Shown one piece after another: positions 58,301-64,000 of a stretch of DNA of 64,000 bases; the first letter of the stretch is position 1, and every line of letters begins with the position of its first letter. Position numbers and translations under genes: made by a program. Source of the stretch: an uncultured virus (IMG/VR IMGVR_UViG_3300010885_015975) (taxonomy: Duplodnaviria; Heunggongvirae; Uroviricota; Caudoviricetes); IMG/VR virus record IMGVR_UViG_3300010885_015975, one strand, 5' to 3'. The notes beneath the pieces are model-generated. The model was not told where the DNA came from. It made no database searches and was given only the letters and a program-made list of their open reading frames with translations.

Positions 58301-61300
58301 AAACTATTAATGATCTTATTTATAGTTACAGGGATGAGCAAGGGGAACCTGATAGCAATGCTATGGGTCAAACAAGACTTGAAAGAATCAGAGATTTAGA
58401 ACAATATATTGTAGATTTTAAATTTAGATTTGATTCTTCCACGGGCCTCTCTAAAGAAGACTCCGAAGAGTTAAGAGAACTATCAGAAAAAGCTAGAAAA
58501 GGATTACTACAAGCTGGGTCTGCAGAATCTAAAAGATACATGTATCTATTAGACTTACTAAATGCACAAGGAATTAGTCCTGAAGATTCAGCTAGAATTC
58601 AAGATATCTTCTCTGAGTTATCTGACTTATCTGTAAACATGCCTACTACATATTACGTAGAGACATTAAATTACAATTTGTCTAAACAAAATATTAAAGA
58701 GTTAGAGATTGATGAGATTGATGACTTTATCAATACTGAAGAGTTTGAAGAAATGTTAGAAGCTGATGAGGCATTCAAAAGTTGGTTTAACACAAATCAT
58801 TATGTGATTCAAAAGTATGATAAACCAACTAGAGCATACATTGCTAGATACAAAAGAACAAAAGCTAATACTGTTTCTATACCTAAAGATGAAAGTAACA
58901 TCAAGTTTACTAAAATTTTAGATAGAAATGGAGAAGAAGTTGTTCTTATGGGTGTACCTAATGCAAGACATTCTAGATATCAGGTTAAAGATGCATACAG
59001 AACTATCCCATTTGGTGAAGCAAAATCAGATTATGTAGGTAAGTATATTGATAATAAAAATCAATGGTTACCAAGACTTTATGATCCAACTTCAAAATAC
59101 AGTGCTCGTGACAAAAGATTCATGAATGAAAAGTATTTTCAAATGCAAGCTGCTAATAGTAATGAGTTTAAGTTACTTGAAGCAATTAAAGAATATCATT
59201 TAGAAAATCAAAAAGGACAAAGTAGTTATAGTAAGTTATATCTTGACATGCCTAGATATGCTCTTAAAAAAGGAGACATATACCAAGCAATGCAAAAAGG
59301 TGCTTATGGTCAGAGGTTTTCTGAATTAGGGGCAAATGTAAAGGAGTGGTATAATCAAGCATTAGGTAAATCTGTAATGGATGCTGAGAATGACTTAAAC
59401 TATAATCCTGAAAACAACTTAGTAAATACTGATCTTGATGGAAATCAAATATCATACGTACCAGTATCTGGTATCTATAATTTAGACATTGCTGTACAAG
59501 ATGCTGATGTTTTCCAAGGATTATTTAGATATGCATTGTCTGTACAAACACAAGGAAAACTTCTAGAAAGTTTACCTCTTGTACAAAGTATCTTAGACAC
59601 TTTAGAGGATCCTGATAATGCTCCTAAAGAATTAGAGAAGTTTGATAAGAATATCTATAGTTTAAAAGGGACCCTTACAAATGCAAAGAAAAAGTTTGCA
59701 ACTAATAATAGACTTGGTCAAGTAAAATCTTTAATTGAAAGAGAATACTACGGTAAGATGGTTGAGGGTATTGAGGAAACTCACCCTGGATTTGGTAAAT
59801 GGATAAATCAACTTCAAAGTTTATCTGCTATGGGTTCATTAGCTGTCAATATTCCTTCTGATTTAAAAAACAAATACGGTGCTTATGTACAGTTGATCAT
59901 TGAAGGTGCAGGTGCTGAGTTTATTAATCTTAAAGATATTGCATTAGCACGACCTTGGGCAGAAAGAGCTATGTTAGAATGGTCAACAAAAGGCATCTAT
60001 CAAACAGGACCTGGAGCTATATCTACACAGTTAATTCAGATCTTTGATCCTACCTTTAAATCTAAAGACCAATTCGGTAGAGAGATAGAGAGATCATTAG
60101 TAAAAGATCTAGTTAATATGGAGTGGATGTACATGCACAGAAAATTTGGTGAGATGCAAGTTGCAGTTTCATTATTTGGTGCTTTTATGTATGGACAAAA
60201 AATAGATCAAATTCTTGGTGACGGTACTAAAAAATCAATGAGATACATTGAAGCTTGGGAAAAAGATGATGATGGTATTATTAGGTTAAAAAAAGGAGTA
60301 CACCCAGGATGGAATAATCTTTCTGTTTATCATGAGTATGTTAAAGGTGAAACTTTAGCAGAAATTGCTAAAAAGTATTACATAAGTGTTGATGAGCTTA
60401 AAGCTAAGAACAGGATTAAATCTGAAGTACAGCTTGAAGATGGTCAAGAACTTATTATTGCTAAGTCAGAGTTATTTATGGGACTTAAGAATAGAATTCA
60501 AGGTACTTCAAGAAAACTATTTGGTACATATGATGAAATGGGACAACCTGAAGGTAATAAGTTATTACTCTACAGAATGTTTTTCTTTATGAGAAAATGG
60601 TTTACACCTATGTTAATGAATAGAGTTGGTTTTGATACTAAAACTATTTCATGGACCGGTGGTGGTGAGAGATATGACTGGGCTACAACATCTTACGGTA
60701 AAGGTTTTTACATAACAGCATTTCAAACAATGCTTAAAACTATGAAATCTGGTTTTAAAAACTATAGTTATTTAACAGAACAAGAAAAAAGTGCTGTAAG
60801 AAAAATGGCCGGAGAAGGATTCTTTGCAATTGGTCTTGCTCTATTATCATTAATGTTGTTTGGATTTGATCCAGAGGATGATGATAAATGGAAAAAATTA
60901 AGAGCTAAGTCTGGTGCAATTAATGAAGATAGTTTTAATACTTATGGGTTCTTAGCAAACCACATGTTACTATTAGCAATGGGTGTTCAAGCAGAGTCTA
61001 GTGCATTTGTTCCATTACCTAATATAAAAGGAATAAACTTTGGGTCAGATGACTATGTAAAAATGATCACACAAACAACAACATCATGGTATAACACTGT
61101 TGTACTTTATATTGATATATTTGGAGACGTGTTAGACTTTGTAACATTTTCAGAAATGGATAGATATAAAAGAGATACTGGACCTTATTCTTGGAAACAA
61201 GAAGGGGAACTAAAGATTTGGAGTAAATTAGGTAAGATATTTGGTTTATCCGGAGGTACTGGGGATCCAGTTACACAATTTGAAAATATGGTTAAAAACA

Positions 61301-61320
61301 GTTCTAAAAGAGGAAGTTAA
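55381..61320 (+). CDS. Giant virion ejection protein with zincin motif, LysM domain and C-terminal hydrophobic helices
   Basis: 1979 aa; HEFSH (55999-56013) with EEVLA; LysM VKGETLAEIAKKYYISVDELKAKN...LEDGQELII; GFFAIGLALLSLMLFGF. Confidence 0.75.
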   Translation: MVCQVQLNSIKFLQDKGATNDVRRIINEDLFDKLNDQITALAETKYGLKTDGTKLFSMNMSEHVDPQRSTYYRDAKVRILRAEPNVKLFERLQDLYNARPDDAMMIKDMPNALDNPKVDQSLQKINGVLFMDVKLDELQSQRSQEIAEVLAQRLSKGIGAQFENITQEEAANILKNRAVKYNGEAAFYYAGTVYIVGDNVNVRTVLHEFSHPILQGLRKTNNILFQKLYDQALATEEGQGIKYYVLNNYPELEENSDLFKEEVLAYAMQLRALNRINNELETEGYQSFMNKLLAAIKQLLRGLFGAKVNVAKLDVDTTLEELSDMLLDKDFEFKTDNITEEDLVMFSRNVVDRAKELNKFSNAESQLKVVREIYETNRRILTEAENFKGDKASKKFLKESLFEKGTNRYLREVVSTLKDNLNVDTESFTEDEMIQNALDAAKGALDVDLQRAVALVNTLDNINSMTQNMLLDVSRISNTNINNRSTIALLMLYKQNSKAWLKMIQAIDDSLSPNGQLIESNNPFYQTLNEIVLNITRINTNIANILKNNNIQFYVEITGYMSKYIQDRLKGNLGIALKQTFSADQLEKEVDDLYNKVVQQTLTDADVDALVQKGIPADVLKGFLKEYKDLVVDEDKIRAALTGGAQDVSWFNRWLESYSSSNDVIVGPLAMFIQNERTQVQNVVWEQSMKFRKKLEELLPKVGFSKLNSIQLRDKLAFKDKILYFDKETGKPIEKEVYAYLDKYKDYRYHYDLLEWNIEEAKKTEDQTKLADALMEFEQFKRDFMWQEYVPEFYEKDDIFKKSEVGKLAYFVRKQKLQAYNNLLNSMENEYERFEKYSTIQAAFREFQQLYSLTYEDGTSKVDDPENGIYDLSIAEVLQEHRAATKGFYEWRPIEGLLQSAYNEFADLLETKEIYPGSADFKAELEKWRRQNLRMEYDPSYWESRNALVTELRELQTRMNEATKSKFDVAEAFQTINDLIYSYRDEQGEPDSNAMGQTRLERIRDLEQYIVDFKFRFDSSTGLSKEDSEELRELSEKARKGLLQAGSAESKRYMYLLDLLNAQGISPEDSARIQDIFSELSDLSVNMPTTYYVETLNYNLSKQNIKELEIDEIDDFINTEEFEEMLEADEAFKSWFNTNHYVIQKYDKPTRAYIARYKRTKANTVSIPKDESNIKFTKILDRNGEEVVLMGVPNARHSRYQVKDAYRTIPFGEAKSDYVGKYIDNKNQWLPRLYDPTSKYSARDKRFMNEKYFQMQAANSNEFKLLEAIKEYHLENQKGQSSYSKLYLDMPRYALKKGDIYQAMQKGAYGQRFSELGANVKEWYNQALGKSVMDAENDLNYNPENNLVNTDLDGNQISYVPVSGIYNLDIAVQDADVFQGLFRYALSVQTQGKLLESLPLVQSILDTLEDPDNAPKELEKFDKNIYSLKGTLTNAKKKFATNNRLGQVKSLIEREYYGKMVEGIEETHPGFGKWINQLQSLSAMGSLAVNIPSDLKNKYGAYVQLIIEGAGAEFINLKDIALARPWAERAMLEWSTKGIYQTGPGAISTQLIQIFDPTFKSKDQFGREIERSLVKDLVNMEWMYMHRKFGEMQVAVSLFGAFMYGQKIDQILGDGTKKSMRYIEAWEKDDDGIIRLKKGVHPGWNNLSVYHEYVKGETLAEIAKKYYISVDELKAKNRIKSEVQLEDGQELIIAKSELFMGLKNRIQGTSRKLFGTYDEMGQPEGNKLLLYRMFFFMRKWFTPMLMNRVGFDTKTISWTGGGERYDWATTSYGKGFYITAFQTMLKTMKSGFKNYSYLTEQEKSAVRKMAGEGFFAIGLALLSLMLFGFDPEDDDKWKKLRAKSGAINEDSFNTYGFLANHMLLLAMGVQAESSAFVPLPNIKGINFGSDDYVKMITQTTTSWYNTVVLYIDIFGDVLDFVTFSEMDRYKRDTGPYSWKQEGELKIWSKLGKIFGLSGGTGDPVTQFENMVKNSSKRGS

Positions 61321-61322
61321 AA

Positions 61323-61466
61323 ATGGCAAAAAAAATAACAACAGGATTAATAAAAAAGCATGATAAAGTAAAGGTATCACGTCCTGGGATACATTCAAAA
61401 ACTAAATCATCTAAACTTAAGAGTTCAAAGAATTATAAAAAAAGATATAATTCTCAAGGAAAGTAA
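61323..61466 (+). CDS. Small Lys-rich protein, 47 aa (missing from ORF track)
   Basis: MAKKITTGLIKKHDKVKVSRPGIHSKTKSSKLKSSKNYKKRYNSQGK; starts 2 nt after the previous stop and ends at the terminator. Confidence 0.75.
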   Translation: MAKKITTGLIKKHDKVKVSRPGIHSKTKSSKLKSSKNYKKRYNSQGK

Positions 61467-61471
61467 CAAGG

Positions 61472-61505
61472 AAAAAAAAAGGGAACCGTTAAGTCCCCTT
61501 TATTT
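61472..61505 (-). terminator. Intrinsic terminator between convergent blocks (probably bidirectional)
   Basis: Minus strand GGGGAC-TTAACG-GTTCCC followed by T9; plus strand has a weaker stem with TTTATTT. Confidence 0.8.
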
Positions 61506-61686
61506 AATCTTTTTCTTCACAACAATCACAATCTTCTGTGGTTTCTGTGTCTTGTATACCATATTCTTGATCATACCAATCCCTAGCCTCAGCTTTTGTA
61601 GGCATAGCATAACATCCACAGTACATAGCTTCTGCACCAGAAAGATAAGCTTCAATAAGAAGCTTTTTAATCATTACTTTGTTCAT
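61504..61686 (-). CDS. Small hypothetical protein
   Basis: 60 aa ending at the terminator; acidic Cys-containing tail. Confidence 0.65.
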   Translation of the reverse strand: MNKVMIKKLLIEAYLSGAEAMYCGCYAMPTKAEARDWYDQEYGIQDTETTEDCDCCEEKD

Positions 61687-61765
61687 CTTCTTTTATTGCT
61701 ACTAGTTTATATTTAGATAAATCAACACCTTGTCTTGTTAATGATGCTTCTATATCATCTTCCAT
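61667..61765 (-). CDS. Possible 32-aa peptide (missing from ORF track)
   Basis: MEDDIEASLTRQGVDLSKYKLVAIKEDEQSND; ATG overlaps the upstream stop (TAATG) and fills the gap. Confidence 0.45.
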   Translation of the reverse strand: MEDDIEASLTRQGVDLSKYKLVAIKEDEQSND

Positions 61766-62376
61766 TATGCTTCGTTAAAAAAGAATATTTGAAATAGTCT
61801 TCCAGTTTCTCTATTGTGACCAAAGTAATCATTACCTGAATGAATCAGGCCTCCATCAAAAAGGACAAGTCTATTAAATACATTTCCTACTGTATCCTGT
61901 CTTTCAAATGGAGTTGGATCTAGAAATGTATCTTTACTGAATGCATTACCATTCTCACCAACAGACCAGTCTATCTGCTCATTATGATAAACTTTAGACT
62001 GTTTATTTCTATAAAAACTTGTACCTGATTGAGGTGGAGCATCTGGAGTCAAGAATAATACACCTGCCCACTTCTGTGCATCACAATGAAAAACTTGTGG
62101 TACTCCTCCTATACAAGATTGAAATCTACCATTAATACCTACATTATACCAACCAAATCCATCTTCAGTTATATCAGCAATTTTAACTTGCATGATCTCT
62201 TCAAACTTTTCTTTTAATCCTTCAAATAAAAACTGATCACGGGTTCTTTCACCTACAGCTCCTTCTCCTGGAAAGTATGTCTGAGCTAATGCATGCTCTC
62301 TTACTGCCATAGGATCTTCATAGAAGTCATCTACTACAAAAAATCTTTTGTTAAGATTTGAGTTAATTTGAAACAT
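61765..62376 (-). CDS. 2OG-Fe(II) oxygenase superfamily protein (DUF6445-like)
   Basis: VVDDFYEDP..VR start, HCD (HxD), WAGVLFLTP, GTSFY, NRLVLFD...HS, GRLFQIFF. Confidence 0.8.
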   Translation of the reverse strand: MFQINSNLNKRFFVVDDFYEDPMAVREHALAQTYFPGEGAVGERTRDQFLFEGLKEKFEEIMQVKIADITEDGFGWYNVGINGRFQSCIGGVPQVFHCDAQKWAGVLFLTPDAPPQSGTSFYRNKQSKVYHNEQIDWSVGENGNAFSKDTFLDPTPFERQDTVGNVFNRLVLFDGGLIHSGNDYFGHNRETGRLFQIFFFNEA

Positions 62377-62378
62377 AC

Positions 62379-62765
62379 TTATTCTTGTTTAATAAATTTA
62401 TTAAGTTCTGGTTTAAAGAATCCAGGGCCCTTTAAGATTTTTCCATCTTCTCTAAGCACTGGTTTTCCATCATCACCTAACTTACTCATATTACTTGCTT
62501 GAATTTCATCAAATACATCTTCTATGATATGCTGCATACCGTGTCTAAGAATTGTACCACATAAGATATACAACTGATCCCCTAAAGCATCAGCAATTTC
62601 TACTAATGAATTTTCATCACATGCATCTAAGTATTCATCATTCTCTTCTTGCATAAGAGAGTGTCTAAGTTCATATTCATCTTCAGTTAATGGTCTTGGA
62701 TATTTACCATTGTTTTGTCCAAATGCATTATGGAACTTTTCTACGGCTTCTAGTTGTTTTTTCAT
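62379..62765 (-). CDS. MazG-like all-alpha NTP pyrophosphohydrolase (PRA-PH/DR2231 type)
   Basis: FH.AF, LMQEENDEY, EIADALGDQLY, SNMSK, REDGKILKGP motifs. Confidence 0.9.
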   Translation of the reverse strand: MKKQLEAVEKFHNAFGQNNGKYPRPLTEDEYELRHSLMQEENDEYLDACDENSLVEIADALGDQLYILCGTILRHGMQHIIEDVFDEIQASNMSKLGDDGKPVLREDGKILKGPGFFKPELNKFIKQE

Positions 62766-62769
62766 ATTA

Positions 62770-62777
62770 CAAAGGTA
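62770..62777 (-). promoter_or_regulatory. Bacteroidota primary-sigma -7 element TACCTTTG
   Basis: Exact TAnnTTTG match ending 4 nt before the ATG at 62765; no clear -33 TTTG. Confidence 0.45.
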
Positions 62778-62807
62778 AAAAAAAAGGGATAGTTTTCACC
62801 ACCCCTT
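62777..62807 (-). terminator. Rho-independent terminator
   Basis: Minus strand GGGGTGG-TGAAAA-CTATCCC followed by T9. Confidence 0.75.
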
Positions 62808-62827
62808 AATTGATAATTTATTCATCA

Positions 62828-64000
62828 CTAAAAGAAGTCCGGAAGTGAATCTGGATCTTCATTAGTTTCTTCATTGAAGTCTAGCTCAAAATTATCTGCT
62901 AATGCAAATTCATCTTTAGTGTCTTCAATAATTTCTTTTTCTGTTACTGAAGTTTCTACAGCTGCATTATGAAATTCTATAGACTCAAATGTATTACCAT
63001 CTTTATCGGTATATTGCAATATAGATTCTTCAGGTTGCTCTAAAGCTAGTTCTTCTACTTCTAATTCATCTATAACTTCTTCTTCATCATTTAACTCTTC
63101 ATTTTCTAGCGCAGCAATAGAGACTTCTATGTCATTATCTACACCATATAACTGATGAGCTAATTCATTTTCAGTTAATACTCTTTCTTCTTCATCATTT
63201 GCAGCATATCTGATATCTTCATCTATTATATCAGCCTCCATATCGGCAATCTGATCTAACAAGTTTGTTTGATTAGGATCTGAATAGACCACCGGTACAA
63301 CTACCTCTTCTACTACAGGAACAACAACAACTGCTGGAGCCTGTGCAAAGTTATTAATACTAGAAATAAAGTAGTGTAATATTCTTTGATCCTCCATCCA
63401 TGTTTTAGGATGTGATGTCTGAAGAGCAATAGTAACATAGTTATAAAAGGCCCATAAACTATCTGTATTAGTAAATACATGATAAGGTTTCTTCATTTGA
63501 TCTCTTACCATACTAGCTTGCTCAGTTGTTAGAATTTCATACTCTGCAAATAGTACACCCAATAGCTGTGATTGTTTTCTCTTATTTAGGGAGATTGTTT
63601 CCATAGAAGCTTTGTCACTACATAATTGATTGTAGTACATGTGTGCATTAGAAATGTAAGAATCTATTGTCTCTTGTGTTTCTGTATCTGCAGTTCCTGT
63701 ATGTTTTCTAACCCAACTACCTATATCTCCTGAAATCATAACTGAACCAGTCTTATTTACATAAGCACCGATTACACATTTAAACTTTACTTGTTTATTA
63801 TAACTATTTGTCCAAGCAAACATCATAGCTAATTCAGGATCATTATTGTAGTTTAGTTTATAAACTCCTTGAGCAATCTGCCCATCAGCAGTACATCTGT
63901 ACTCCTCTTCTAAAACTATAAACCCTGCAGCAGACAGGGCTTGGTGTGCATAATTAATAATAAACTCATGACTAATTACAGTGTAACTAGCTCCATGTTG
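62828..64000 (-). CDS. DUF932-like protein with long acidic C-terminal tail (5'-truncated)
   Basis: Frame stays open to the window edge (QHGASYTVISHEFII...DPELAMMFAWTNSYNK); Y.VISH, NSYN, RKHTG and SLWAFYN.VT motifs fit DUF932. Confidence 0.65.
   Translation of the reverse strand, partial: QHGASYTVISHEFIINYAHQALSAAGFIVLEEEYRCTADGQIAQGVYKLNYNNDPELAMMFAWTNSYNKQVKFKCVIGAYVNKTGSVMISGDIGSWVRKHTGTADTETQETIDSYISNAHMYYNQLCSDKASMETISLNKRKQSQLLGVLFAEYEILTTEQASMVRDQMKKPYHVFTNTDSLWAFYNYVTIALQTSHPKTWMEDQRILHYFISSINNFAQAPAVVVVPVVEEVVVPVVYSDPNQTNLLDQIADMEADIIDEDIRYAANDEEERVLTENELAHQLYGVDNDIEVSIAALENEELNDEEEVIDELEVEELALEQPEESILQYTDKDGNTFESIEFHNAAVETSVTEKEIIEDTKDEFALADNFELDFNEETNEDPDSLPDFF

Noticed and set aside
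840..60592. Short antisense and alternate-frame ORFs in the track (e.g. 8838-9257, 38689-39066, 47010-47438, 56232-56654, 60386-60592)
   Set aside because: They lie within long, well-supported genes and show shadow-ORF composition with no motifs.
38018..61320. Inteins or introns in the giant genes
   Set aside because: No internal Cys-start/HN-end splice motifs, homing endonuclease motifs or frame breaks were seen.
1..64000. Stop-codon reassignment as in some gut crAss-like phages
   Set aside because: Long ORFs tile the window under the standard code; TAG (14317, 23003) and TGA (12621) end genes immediately followed or overlapped by new starts.
1..64000. tRNA/rRNA genes, integrase, transposase or diversity-generating retroelement
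   Set aside because: Intergenic gaps are short with no cloverleaf; no reverse transcriptase, recombinase or template/variable repeat pair was noticed.

Overview
This AT-rich, CpG-poor window is part of a crAss-like (Crassvirales-type) phage genome, probably infecting an environmental Bacteroidota host. It uses the standard genetic code (TAA, TAG and TGA all act as stops). Bases 1-61466 form one + strand virion block: small Lys-rich proteins, a ring/adaptor-like protein, a Dps/ferritin-like protein, Cys-rich capsid/tail proteins, an HU/IHF-like protein, two tail ring proteins and a muzzle-like tail protein. These are followed by eight probable capsid-packaged cargo/ejection proteins (1046-3322 aa), including a virion RNA polymerase with the DFDID motif. 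From 61504 to the end, genes run on the - strand (2OG-Fe(II) oxygenase-like, MazG-like, DUF932-like). No terminase, portal or major capsid gene was recognised; they probably lie outside the window. Three observations stand out. (1) The three giant ejection proteins are Cys-free except for single cysteines at their adjoining termini, suggesting a head-to-tail disulfide chain. (2) The four upstream cargo proteins are strings of modules (SET, zincin, ART-like, Zn ribbon) separated by a recurring xxxGG / AxxG motif, like a processed polyprotein. (3) The same four proteins carry matching C-terminal and N-terminal peptides that may dock consecutive gene products. All family calls come from motif recognition and gene order, with no database search.
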